Of a DNA stretch of 64,000 bases, positions 9,926 to 19,504 are shown piece by piece; position 1 is the first letter of the stretch, and the number at the start of each line of letters is the position of its first letter. The position numbers were made by a program, and so were the translations under genes. Under the pieces are notes generated by a model, which worked only from the letters and a program-made list of their open reading frames with translations, had not been told where the DNA came from and did not search any database. The stretch comes from a virus (lineage: Duplodnaviria > Caudoviricetes), in the IMG/VR virus record IMGVR_UViG_3300031993_000017. The stretch is one strand, 5' to 3'.

Positions 9926-12238
9926 TTAATATTTTTTAATACCAGGGAACATCATACCGCCGAGTGTGACGGAGTTTCTAGAAGGCCTTGGTTGATTAAC
10001 ACTTGCAATAGCTCCTGCAACCGATTTTGCTTTGACAGGAACATCAGGATTCTTCATTATTGCGTTCCATACACTTCCTGCGAATGAGTCGGATACGTCC
10101 TTTGACCGTCCGATTGTGTGGTCAATTTTTCCGCTAGCTGCATCTCTTTGAAGATGAATCAATTCATCTTGTAAGAATTGACAATCTAGCATATCAATAC
10201 GCTTTTCTATCAGCACAGTACGAAGTGCCATGTATCCGTCAGGAGTTCTATCTAGAGATATTTTTGGAGAATCAAATCCCTGTGCTTCAAGTAACTCACC
10301 TAAATATTCACTCTGGAACTGGTCTCGGCTTATACTCTGTATATTGAACCCTTGTTTTCGCAACCATTTGATAAATACTAATATTTTATTGTAAGGAATT
10401 TTATCGCCTCTCGGTGCTTCAAGTGATACTGAAAACAGATGTGTAAATGAAATCTGCGAGATTGTATTACCATCTAAATCTTGCATATCTTTTGCACCGG
10501 TTACAGCAACAGCCGAAATACCAGTTTTGTCTGTGTTTAATGATAAGTCTAAGTGAATATATACAGGACAGCTGTAGTCTCGCTTATCTGTATACTCTAG
10601 GTGGAAAAATTCTTCAATTGAGAGCGTATCTTTTGTTCCAATCTGAAGAATATCATTGATAAATGGATTCTTCCTAGTCCCAATACAATTATCTAATATA
10701 TCTTGTGTAATGAATGATAATGATCCAGGAACTGTGATGCCTGCAATATCACGAAGTGCTATATCAAAATCTGCAATGAAATCAGATCGCATATCAATAG
10801 GCGGGTGCATGAGCGTGTAGCCTTGTGCTTCAAGCTCATGCAAACTCTCTTCATTATCTTGATTTTCAGGTACTACAAATCCTTTCTTATATCTATCACC
10901 AACAGCAATAGTGAACGTTTCTTCATGGAACATACTTTTCGGAAGCACTTCCCATTGTGGTGCATCGGAAATATACATATGATCGCCTGCACCAGCTTCC
11001 AGCTGTTGTTTCATATACAATTCCATGAAGTCTGAATCGCTTCGTTTAGAACTCACTGCAAAAATCTTACCATGAACTTCTCCCTCAACACGGAATGTAC
11101 CCTTTACACGAGTAGCAACGGTGTTGTACAGTTCTGCCATGTGCTGCTTTGCTTTCATGACATCTTTTACACCAGCTTTGCTGAAGTTCATTTCATCGCA
11201 ATTATGAGATATTACATTACAAGTATTTCCAGCAATTACAAAATTATGTGTTTCTTCAACACCTACAATATCATATACAGGTATCGGATCGTCGTAATAA
11301 ATAACTTCAGATTTACGCAATCTAACACCAGAATCTGTAAAATAATCATCATCTGTTAAATCACGTAACATCTTATAACTACCATCTGAAAGCATAATAC
11401 GATGTTCAGGTGTACCTTCAATAACAGTTCCATCATCAAGTGTGATTCTAACTGTATCCGTGACGTACTTTGTTAATTTAACATCGTCAAACTTCCGATA
11501 TCCGCCTGAAGATGCTACAAGAACATTTGAATTGTCAGACGAATACAACTCTTCTAATGTATGAACACCATCTGATGTAACTACATTTGTACTACCTACA
11601 AGACAAAATCCGACAAACACCTGTTTTCCTAACGCATTTTGTCCAGATGATCCGTAATCAACAACAATCTTATCTCCTTCAGGAATGTAAAAGAAATCAT
11701 TTTCACTTCTACTAAACTTGCCATGTTGGTTGAACCAGTCTGTAGCTTTCAATGTATCATTGAACTCACGAAAACCTACGTCTTTTGCTTGATCCTTTGT
11801 AATATTGAAGAAAAGAACGCTAAACTTCGACACATCCTTCTTTCCGTAATACTGCTGCGGATTTCTCAAACACATAAGTTTGTAGAGCATGTATGCTGTT
11901 CCAGTGATGGCTGTAGAAGATTTTCCAATTCGAGTTGCTCCTGTAAAGAAACATTCTTCGTATTTGTTACCTGCGTGGAAAATGTTGCGAAGTTCTGTCC
12001 TCCAAAATGGATACACAGCTGCTCCGTTTCTATTAGTTTTACCTAAGTACAAATCAGATTCAATAAAAGTGTCAATATCTACTGGAATTTCTTTGTAATC
12101 AGATAACCAGATTTGCTCATAGGTCTTTGAGTATCCCTCATCGACAAGTTCCTGCAAGATACATCTCAGATAATATTTTTCTTTTTCATTACAAGAATCA
12201 TAAATACCTGCGATTCTTGCAGGCAAGGATAAATCCAT
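9926..12238 (-). CDS. terL: Terminase large subunit containing a mini-intein
   Basis: Walker A GATRIGKS; Walker B interrupted by intein (VGF|intein|CDE); nuclease HLDLS and KDVSDS. Confidence 0.9.
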   Translation of the reverse strand: MDLSLPARIAGIYDSCNEKEKYYLRCILQELVDEGYSKTYEQIWLSDYKEIPVDIDTFIESDLYLGKTNRNGAAVYPFWRTELRNIFHAGNKYEECFFTGATRIGKSSTAITGTAYMLYKLMCLRNPQQYYGKKDVSKFSVLFFNITKDQAKDVGFREFNDTLKATDWFNQHGKFSRSENDFFYIPEGDKIVVDYGSSGQNALGKQVFVGFCLVGSTNVVTSDGVHTLEELYSSDNSNVLVASSGGYRKFDDVKLTKYVTDTVRITLDDGTVIEGTPEHRIMLSDGSYKMLRDLTDDDYFTDSGVRLRKSEVIYYDDPIPVYDIVGVEETHNFVIAGNTCNVISHNCDEMNFSKAGVKDVMKAKQHMAELYNTVATRVKGTFRVEGEVHGKIFAVSSKRSDSDFMELYMKQQLEAGAGDHMYISDAPQWEVLPKSMFHEETFTIAVGDRYKKGFVVPENQDNEESLHELEAQGYTLMHPPIDMRSDFIADFDIALRDIAGITVPGSLSFITQDILDNCIGTRKNPFINDILQIGTKDTLSIEEFFHLEYTDKRDYSCPVYIHLDLSLNTDKTGISAVAVTGAKDMQDLDGNTISQISFTHLFSVSLEAPRGDKIPYNKILVFIKWLRKQGFNIQSISRDQFQSEYLGELLEAQGFDSPKISLDRTPDGYMALRTVLIEKRIDMLDCQFLQDELIHLQRDAASGKIDHTIGRSKDVSDSFAGSVWNAIMKNPDVPVKAKSVAGAIASVNQPRPSRNSVTLGGMMFPGIKKY
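11201..11605 (-). mobile_element. Class 1 mini-intein (135 aa) in TerL Walker B
   Basis: Starts CLVGST, block B GTPEH, block F VYDI, ends ISHN followed by Cys; no endonuclease domain. Confidence 0.9.
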
Positions 12239-12763
12239 TTATCCCTCACTCGCTTTCTGTTCTTTTTGAATATCACTTAATACTGACTGTGCTGCAACTC
12301 GAATCTTATCACGACTGCTCTTAGGAAGAACATGAAGTTCAGTCATATTCGAACCTTCTTCTTCAACGATATCAAATTCTGGGAGCATCGAACTGATGTC
12401 CAGATAAGGCTGAAGTATCTTATGACTTTCAATCATTGTAGTTTGTAATGCGCTTTGCATACGCATCAATGACATCCAAGCGTCTTCATCTGTTACATCC
12501 ATTGTATCAAGTCGATAATCGAGGGCTTCATACAACTTTGCCTCTATTTTATCCATCATTTCTGTATATCTTATGATTTTGGAAAGCTGATGGTATATTC
12601 TTAAAGCTGTTATCTGGTCAATGGCATGTTTAGCAGTACCTGAATTATTTACATCAGAACACGCAATAAGGGAAGTTCGCATCTTAGACACGACTTCCCG
12701 TTGTTTAGCAATTAGCGGATCTGACACACTTGGTATGCCATCAACGGTTTTGATGTCATTCAT
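12239..12763 (-). CDS. Putative terminase small subunit
   Basis: Helical 174-aa ORF abutting terL; position only. Confidence 0.45.
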   Translation of the reverse strand: MNDIKTVDGIPSVSDPLIAKQREVVSKMRTSLIACSDVNNSGTAKHAIDQITALRIYHQLSKIIRYTEMMDKIEAKLYEALDYRLDTMDVTDEDAWMSLMRMQSALQTTMIESHKILQPYLDISSMLPEFDIVEEEGSNMTELHVLPKSSRDKIRVAAQSVLSDIQKEQKASEG

Positions 12764-12802
12764 ACTGATCTCTCCTGAATATTGAATTGTTTAGTTTTGT
12801 GT

Positions 12803-13069
12803 TTAGTTCTTTAAATCAAGTAAGATAACACTCAGATTTGCAATAGCATCTTTAGCTGAAGCATCGCCGTCAATAGCTGCAGGGCCTAATGCATCAATAG
12901 CTGATTTGATGTACTTGCAAGCATCAGATGTTTTAGAGGATGATTTAACTACCGATCTTAATGGAACACCGGCAGGATTCATTGCAGAAGCCTTAGTTTC
13001 TTGCGGCCTCGTTGAACTGGACTTGATTGCTACCTTCTTTGTAGATTTATCATTCTTCGTTATCTTCAT
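12803..13069 (-). CDS. Hypothetical protein
   Basis: 88 aa; contains IKSS/VKSS motifs similar to the leader motif. Confidence 0.55.
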   Translation of the reverse strand: MKITKNDKSTKKVAIKSSSTRPQETKASAMNPAGVPLRSVVKSSSKTSDACKYIKSAIDALGPAAIDGDASAKDAIANLSVILLDLKN

Positions 13070-13364
13070 TCTGTATCACCTCATTTACTTTATCAATCTT
13101 TACATAGTAAGTATTACTACTGTTAAGCAATTCATCAAATTCATCGAATGCTCCTAGCAAATCTTCATCCTCATGAATTGTATTTGTGCAAGATAATCTT
13201 AGACGAGACAGTTGAAATTTGACTTCACTCAAGTTAGGACAAGTCTGGAAACAAGCTATCTCCAAATCAGCTATTTTCACAACAGTATTATAATCCCATA
13301 TGTAGTTTCTTAGTATCTTATATAATTCTACATATGCATTTTGTAAATCAATGTTGCTTATCAA
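13050..13364 (-). CDS. Hypothetical protein
   Basis: 104-aa ORF in operon. Confidence 0.55.
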   Translation of the reverse strand: MISNIDLQNAYVELYKILRNYIWDYNTVVKIADLEIACFQTCPNLSEVKFQLSRLRLSCTNTIHEDEDLLGAFDEFDELLNSSNTYYVKIDKVNEVIQNEDNEE

Positions 13365-13614
13365 TGGATTCTAGCTCCTCTCTAGTGCTTCTTATTGCAT
13401 TACCAATACTAGTTAATGACATCAAATTGTTGTCTACAAAAAACCTCATCTCATTATCAATATTAGAATCTTGCACCGCTAGAACGTAACTTGTAAAAAA
13501 TTCTTCAAAAGATATATAAGGTAGATTCTTTATGTCATTCTTTATGGTTTGAAGCATCTTCTTTGTATACTCTCTCAACAATTTGAAAATATGGCAATAT
13601 GTCCTTAGGCACAT
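13348..13614 (-). CDS. Hypothetical protein (true start probably the internal MLQTIKN)
   Basis: Fills gap between coupled genes. Confidence 0.45.
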   Translation of the reverse strand: MCLRTYCHIFKLLREYTKKMLQTIKNDIKNLPYISFEEFFTSYVLAVQDSNIDNEMRFFVDNNLMSLTSIGNAIRSTREELESIDKQH

Positions 13615-13882
13615 CTTTTACGGATTTCTTCTTAGATATTCGAACATCATAATACCACTGAAGAGATTCAATGCTTATTCGGAGTTCGTCTAAAGTAGGA
13701 ATCTTTATTATTTCCCCGCCTGCATATCTGGAAAGCAGCAGCAGTTTTTCATGACCTAATATAGAAAATAGTTCGGGAAGGTCTGTGTAAAGCGGTTCAT
13801 TATGCAAAGGAGGCATCAATTCTAACAAGTAGTGAAAATCTAACTCCTCTGTGATAGGCAAGCTAGCGGTTTTTTCTTTCAT
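13535..13882 (-). CDS. Mor-like transcription regulator, N-terminal dimerisation-type domain
   Basis: ILG....L...AGGEIIKIP resembles the Mor family GG..IYIP motif. Confidence 0.4.
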   Translation of the reverse strand: MKEKTASLPITEELDFHYLLELMPPLHNEPLYTDLPELFSILGHEKLLLLSRYAGGEIIKIPTLDELRISIESLQWYYDVRISKKKSVKDVPKDILPYFQIVERVYKEDASNHKE

Positions 13883-13893
13883 ACATCATACCA

Positions 13894-14583
13894 TCATAGA
13901 TCGGAAGAGAACACAATTGCATTATAAGTTCTAGCGAACCTACTAAATTTCCAGTTTGAACATATTTCAGTTACTTTAGAAATAGTTGCATCCATCACGC
14001 TATTCAAGTTTATATCGTCTTTGTAGTATATCCATAACTCTGATCCTGAAAGAGTTACGCGTCTAACTCCAGCAGATTGTTCGTTTTCATTCAAGCAACG
14101 CTCTATCTCATCAGTGTCTATTCGGCAAGTAACATCAGATAAGATATCTACAGATTCGGAAATTTCGTCAGATGCATCTTCAGATGTTTGAGTCTCTGAG
14201 GTATCTGACAGTTCTTCAGATTTTTCCTCATCAAATGTTGCACCTTCATTTGCATCAGGAACACCCATATCAGAAAGTCTAGAAAAATCAGATGAAGATG
14301 AATGACGAGGACTAGGATTAGACGAATCGTGAGTACGTTCAGGGGCAGGCGTTCTGTTGTCTCGGTCAGATCTACTACTTGATTCACGGCTAAATGGCTC
14401 TTTAGGTTCAGACGGTTGAACTGCCTCTCGATGCTCTTTAGCTTCCTTCAAGAAGTCATCGTCTAAGTAAGATCTGAGCTGTTGAACTAACTCACCGTTC
14501 AATGGATCTACAAGCGCTTTAGTTATCTTATCTTGATTTTTACTAGCCGCAAACATCTTACTAGCATATATTCTTTCTAGCAC
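13894..14583 (-). CDS. Hypothetical protein with disordered acidic/Ser-rich centre
   Basis: 229 aa; starts MLERIYAS. Confidence 0.6.
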   Translation of the reverse strand: MLERIYASKMFAASKNQDKITKALVDPLNGELVQQLRSYLDDDFLKEAKEHREAVQPSEPKEPFSRESSSRSDRDNRTPAPERTHDSSNPSPRHSSSSDFSRLSDMGVPDANEGATFDEEKSEELSDTSETQTSEDASDEISESVDILSDVTCRIDTDEIERCLNENEQSAGVRRVTLSGSELWIYYKDDINLNSVMDATISKVTEICSNWKFSRFARTYNAIVFSSDL

Positions 14584-14599
14584 GTATATCTACCTCCAA

Positions 14600-15730
14600 T
14601 CAAAAACCGCCACGATAAAAATCTTCTTCGTACTTCTTTATCACATAATCTAGTTCATATTTATTAGATCCATAAAGTAACACAGGGTCAGGATCTGGAT
14701 CTCCAGGAAGCGGATCTACTGATATTCGTATGTTATCACTATAGTCCCGTCCAGCTAGATAATCCTGTATATCGACATATCTTGCATTATCTTGTACCCA
14801 CTTAGGTAAAGTTTTAAGAAATTTATATTCGTCAAAATCAATCTTTTTAGCATCCGTAGATCTAGCAACTCGCTCCTCCTCTAGCTCAATATTCTTACAC
14901 GGACCTATGATAGCATTGTATATCATATCATGTATCCTTTGTCTACTAGATTTAAAATTTTCTTCCAAGCTCTTTCGGATGTTTAATTTTATAGTAAAAT
15001 ACTTTCGTAAAGATCTTCCGTAAGGGCTCCAACTTCCCCAACATCCTAGTCTATTGTTTCTAGCGAGTCGTTGAACTACACCATCGGGATCAGCATCCTG
15101 GTCACAGAATTTAATCACTATAGTAAACTCATAAGTAGATCCGTTAGAATCTCTGTTGTATTTATCTTCTTCTAGAGGACCTACAGAAAAACTAACAAGG
15201 TCAGTTATCTGTTGAGCTCTTGCTATGAGCTTGTTAGCATACTTTTCAATATCAGGATAAAATACTTCAGATACTTCACTCAGCGAAAATTCAAGAACTG
15301 GACTAGATACATGTGGGACACTCCAACCACGTCTAATTACATACTTAGAGCAATCCCAAGAATCATATATATCACCATTCATAACTGCAACTAAGTGATT
15401 GTTTCTATTGTGGCCGTCATGTACTTCTAGCACATAAGTTCCTGAAGGATTTTGTTCACAAAACTCTTCAACACTGAAAGGTTTAGGCCAAGACGATTGA
15501 TCCATCAAAGGACAACCTTGGTCCTTTAGAAACTTTGCAAACACATTTAAAGTATTATAATTTTCAGTAGTACCGGTCCTCATTTTAGATATGTTATTCA
15601 GCGATCGTGACACATCGTTGTAATCCCAACCTAACGCAAAACTTATTGCTCGCTTAACGCAATCGGGAGCATTAGTATCTCTTACATTAGCATTGTAACG
15701 TCTAAATGCGCTAAATATATTATGTTTCAT
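14600..15730 (-). CDS. Hypothetical protein with N-terminal papain-like (Cys-His-Asp) domain
   Basis: DCVKRAIS...HLVAV.NG..YDSWD pattern. Confidence 0.45.
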   Translation of the reverse strand: MKHNIFSAFRRYNANVRDTNAPDCVKRAISFALGWDYNDVSRSLNNISKMRTGTTENYNTLNVFAKFLKDQGCPLMDQSSWPKPFSVEEFCEQNPSGTYVLEVHDGHNRNNHLVAVMNGDIYDSWDCSKYVIRRGWSVPHVSSPVLEFSLSEVSEVFYPDIEKYANKLIARAQQITDLVSFSVGPLEEDKYNRDSNGSTYEFTIVIKFCDQDADPDGVVQRLARNNRLGCWGSWSPYGRSLRKYFTIKLNIRKSLEENFKSSRQRIHDMIYNAIIGPCKNIELEEERVARSTDAKKIDFDEYKFLKTLPKWVQDNARYVDIQDYLAGRDYSDNIRISVDPLPGDPDPDPVLLYGSNKYELDYVIKKYEEDFYRGGF

Positions 15731-16139
15731 CGTCAGAGGTCTCCTTATTTCTGTTCATGTATATATAAGGTGTAGCTGGATTATCGTCTTGTATATTATA
15801 TGCGAAATAAAGTGTATTTTCAACCCCAAGTAGACTGTCTACAAATTGAATTCGATATAAGTGATATCCTGCGACTAGATTAAGTTTTTCTGTAGGAATA
15901 TCAACCCAATGTCGGCCTTTAACACATACACAGTCTTCAGCGATGTTAGTTTCAGATACTCCACTACCTACCTCTGAAACATATTCAACTGCGGTATCAA
16001 TATAATGTTTTGGCAAGAATACAATGAGCCAGTCTCGTATAGACGATTTATTGAACATAGTAGCATTGTAGCATACTTCATTCTTAGGACTTGCTACTAG
16101 AACAAAGCTTGCTAAATCATTTATGTTAGGAATTGTCAT
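15720..16139 (-). CDS. Hypothetical protein
   Basis: ATG 16139 after SD (GAAGGTG); putative late-type promoter upstream. Confidence 0.55.
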   Translation of the reverse strand: MTIPNINDLASFVLVASPKNEVCYNATMFNKSSIRDWLIVFLPKHYIDTAVEYVSEVGSGVSETNIAEDCVCVKGRHWVDIPTEKLNLVAGYHLYRIQFVDSLLGVENTLYFAYNIQDDNPATPYIYMNRNKETSDDET

Positions 16140-16224
16140 ACAACACCTTCTTTCCAAAGTACGAACCGGTACCTTCCTAACATATAAAAGGTAAGTATTC
16201 TTGTATTGAATACCTACCCTTTGA

Positions 16225-16797
16225 TTATTTGAAAAGAGATTTGTGTTTTCTTTCAACTAGCTCAAATCTATAACCATTAACTTGATTTTGCGTAGATATA
16301 GAATATTGTATGTCCTCTTGAGATAATCCATATCTTGATACAATGTCGTCTATGTCGTGAAAAACCTCTAAAGTATCTATATCTCTAATAGATTGATGTC
16401 CATGCGATCGTCTAACAAGCTCTCCACGGACTACAGCGTTTATGTTTCGTTCTTTAGCAGTTACCCATCGTAGATTTTCAAAATGGTTGTTGGAGCGATT
16501 CCCATCAATGTGATCTACAACCGGTTTGTTTTCAGGATTAGGTACAAACATCAACGCTACAAGTTTATGGACAGCTTTGTATCTAGAGCGTCCGCTCTTA
16601 TTTAAAGTGACGCATAAGTATCCATTAGATGCAGTTTGCTTCAGAATCTTTCCATTCAAATGATATACAACTTCACAACTTTTGGTCGGACAGTGCCGAA
16701 CATACATCAAGTTACGGCTCAAGCTTCTAATGCGTCCAAATGACGATACTTGGTATATGCCTTCGTAATTCGGAATATCTTTCCAGATCTCTTCCAT
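16225..16797 (-). CDS. NUMOD4-HNH homing endonuclease
   Basis: EIWKDIPNYEGIYQVSSFGRIRS (NUMOD4); VHKLVA..F...VDHIDG..SNN..ENLRW. Confidence 0.9.
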   Translation of the reverse strand: MEEIWKDIPNYEGIYQVSSFGRIRSLSRNLMYVRHCPTKSCEVVYHLNGKILKQTASNGYLCVTLNKSGRSRYKAVHKLVALMFVPNPENKPVVDHIDGNRSNNHFENLRWVTAKERNINAVVRGELVRRSHGHQSIRDIDTLEVFHDIDDIVSRYGLSQEDIQYSISTQNQVNGYRFELVERKHKSLFK

Positions 16798-16803
16798 ACT
16801 GTA

Positions 16804-17766
16804 TCACCCCAAATCAAACAACCGCTTAGCTCTCCTTACATTAGTAGGTGTATAAGCGTACTTAGTTTTGATAAGTTTCTGTATGTTGTGCATTGTCATA
16901 ACCACTCTTGCTGCAGAATCCTCTTGAATCTGCTCAAGTGTAAATCCTAAATCTTCAATTTCTTTCTTCAGAACATTAAGATTGTAATCATCTGCAAGAT
17001 CTACAAAACTCATATTTGATTTTGTCTTAGATGTTCGTGTTTTCTTAGAAACTGAAATTACTCCAAAATTAACAGATAAACATTTTGCATATCCGGCGAT
17101 AAGTCTATGAGAAATCGAGTCAGCAGAATAACAAGGATATTTTGAAAGAGCGTCTAAACTTGTCATTCCGTACAGATGTGTCTTTACATTAGGATTACTG
17201 CTCTTTGCTATGATATCTGATACATTCATCAAGTAAGTATTTTTATCTTCCTGAGAAGCATCGTTTGCAGGACTGATTCCGATGTAATCCAAATGCTCAC
17301 CGTTTTCATCTTTCCACTCTAGCATAAATCTAAGGACATCCATGCTTTCTCCGTAGTGGAATACTGGCATCAACTTCTTAGGGGATTTAACTCTAGATCG
17401 CATATACAGATAATTTTCCCAAGACTTCTTAGCAGATTCTTCATAATCCTCTTGGGACTTAGGTTTTCCAAAGTGACCAGGAATGGTATCCAACTGTGCA
17501 AACACATCAATATCATCGTCAATTCCATTGACATAATCTATGTACTCATCTACAGTTGTATGTGCTTTTCCTGTATGGATACTGAAGGCTCCGCTGTCGA
17601 TGAAAAGTGATTTGCAAAATCCTTCCCGTTTCCATTCAATTGTTTTCTTGATAGCACTTCGGTCTAACTGAGATATAAGAATGTCTAGCGGCTCAAAATC
17701 CGGCATATTTAAAAGCATATCATGCATGGATTGAGTTAAAGATCCTGAGAAATAATAAGTATGCAT
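16804..17766 (-). CDS. dpdA: DpdA-like (TGT-fold) DNA 7-deazaguanine transglycosylase
   Basis: LFIDSGAFS, AQLD.IPG, PVFHYG, HLYGMT, SADS motifs; que genes in the same genome. Confidence 0.75.
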   Translation of the reverse strand: MHTYYFSGSLTQSMHDMLLNMPDFEPLDILISQLDRSAIKKTIEWKREGFCKSLFIDSGAFSIHTGKAHTTVDEYIDYVNGIDDDIDVFAQLDTIPGHFGKPKSQEDYEESAKKSWENYLYMRSRVKSPKKLMPVFHYGESMDVLRFMLEWKDENGEHLDYIGISPANDASQEDKNTYLMNVSDIIAKSSNPNVKTHLYGMTSLDALSKYPCYSADSISHRLIAGYAKCLSVNFGVISVSKKTRTSKTKSNMSFVDLADDYNLNVLKKEIEDLGFTLEQIQEDSAARVVMTMHNIQKLIKTKYAYTPTNVRRAKRLFDLG

Positions 17767-17769
17767 TGT

Positions 17770-18549
17770 TTATCCTCCATATTTCAATTCAAACAGTAAC
17801 TTAGCAAGTAATGCGTTTTCAGATACAAAATGTGCATCTAGTTTATTCAAAAATGTAATTGATGAAGATACATCATATGGATCACTCATCTCTGTCATCA
17901 GAGACTGAATAACTAAAGCTAGATTGGTTTTACTTTCATCAGGAAAATGCGAAAGCTCCCATAACGATGTAGCTACAGGTGTATTGACTACTTTAGTTAA
18001 ATTCAATGAATCCATGTAGTGAAGTTTATCTACTCCTAATCTAGATAGATAATCCACATCTTTGTATGATCTAACAGATTTGAATGTTCTACTCTGCGAA
18101 AGCATATCTACTAGGTTAGGATATTTAAGAGAAGCATATGACAATACGTCAGCGACTGTGGGATGATTTACGTCTACGGTTTTGCTTCTGCTTACAATTG
18201 TGTCAGGAACTTTACCAATGTTAGAACAAGTTACAACTATGTAAACATTTTCAGGAGGCTCTTCTAGAAACTTAAGAAGGGCTCCTGGTGATTGATAAGA
18301 TCCAGAGTCGATGTTTTCTACAACTACTAGTACATCATTTGTTACTGATTGACAAGACTCTACACATTCGCGTAATTCGTCTACTTTCATAGAAACTACA
18401 ATCTTGTTGATACAGCCTACAAAATCGCCGTATTCTAGAGCTAGATAAGTTTTCCCACAACCAGGACATCCACATAGCAAAATACTCCTAGAATTAGAAG
18501 ATGCTAACAATTTAAGTTGTTCAGTTGCGTTTTTCTGATTATTCAGCAT
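17770..18549 (-). CDS. holB: Clamp-loader delta-prime-like subunit
   Basis: GCPGCGKT, ALLKFLEEPP, TIVSR. Confidence 0.75.
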   Translation of the reverse strand: MLNNQKNATEQLKLLASSNSRSILLCGCPGCGKTYLALEYGDFVGCINKIVVSMKVDELRECVESCQSVTNDVLVVVENIDSGSYQSPGALLKFLEEPPENVYIVVTCSNIGKVPDTIVSRSKTVDVNHPTVADVLSYASLKYPNLVDMLSQSRTFKSVRSYKDVDYLSRLGVDKLHYMDSLNLTKVVNTPVATSLWELSHFPDESKTNLALVIQSLMTEMSDPYDVSSSITFLNKLDAHFVSENALLAKLLFELKYGG

Positions 18550-19463
18550 GACAACTCCTTAAGTTCTAAAGTAGGATTGAAAGCCAAGCAGCTCACACAG
18601 TATAATAACGATTGATATACATCAGAGCTTATACTTCGAGTGTCCTCCAAACATTTATATATGATAGAAAACATGTTGTAAGTATCTCTATGATTCCATA
18701 TCTTAGCAAATGCTTTGAATCTAGAAGAACTGTAACTGGCATCTACTAGCTTGTCTAACTCTATCAATACATTTAAAAAAAGATAAAATATCTCATTGTA
18801 ATCAACACTAGTTGTATCTAACTCAAGCAAAAGCTCTGGTACATTCTTGCTAGCAAACAACACTTTTAATCTCTCAGATGAGCTGTTATCTTCTATTGGA
18901 CAAACAATCTTTCGGATAACCTCCTCTGTGTAGCTACTGTATTCTAGATTTCGAATACAGTTATAGATACTTGTAGCATTGTAGTAATCTTGACAGAGAG
19001 AAGACGCAATACTAGCAACTTTATCTGACACACCTGGATTATCGGTCTTTATATATTTTTCAATGAATTTTTTATCTATCGGATCCATAGACACACAGAA
19101 ATCATCTAAGTACTTATGAATTTTATTTATACCTTTACAAGTATCTTCGTATAAACACACAACTGTTCCCGGTATGTTTGTTTTAGATATGTAAGAAGAA
19201 CTAGACTCGTCTAAATCAGAAGAGAACTGCTCATCATATCTAACTACATACAGCTTATCAGATAGCGGTATCAATCGTTTCTTATGAAAGACAGATAGTA
19301 GTTCGGATACGCTACTATATTCCTCTTTACATCCATACAGAGTTTCTAAGTGTTTAATATACTTGTTCTTGATACCATACTCAGGTCCTAAAAACACATA
19401 GAATTTCTTCGGCCTATTATTCAATATCTCCAATCCTACTTCTTGAATAGTTAACATACGCAT
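18543..19463 (-). CDS. holA: Clamp-loader delta-like subunit
   Basis: FYVFLGPEYGI N-terminus as in delta; neighbours holB and dnaX. Confidence 0.55.
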   Translation of the reverse strand: MRMLTIQEVGLEILNNRPKKFYVFLGPEYGIKNKYIKHLETLYGCKEEYSSVSELLSVFHKKRLIPLSDKLYVVRYDEQFSSDLDESSSSYISKTNIPGTVVCLYEDTCKGINKIHKYLDDFCVSMDPIDKKFIEKYIKTDNPGVSDKVASIASSLCQDYYNATSIYNCIRNLEYSSYTEEVIRKIVCPIEDNSSSERLKVLFASKNVPELLLELDTTSVDYNEIFYLFLNVLIELDKLVDASYSSSRFKAFAKIWNHRDTYNMFSIIYKCLEDTRSISSDVYQSLLYCVSCLAFNPTLELKELSC

Positions 19464-19504
19464 TTACCAAAATGGTCTGGCGACCACTACAAGTCTTATG
19501 AAAT

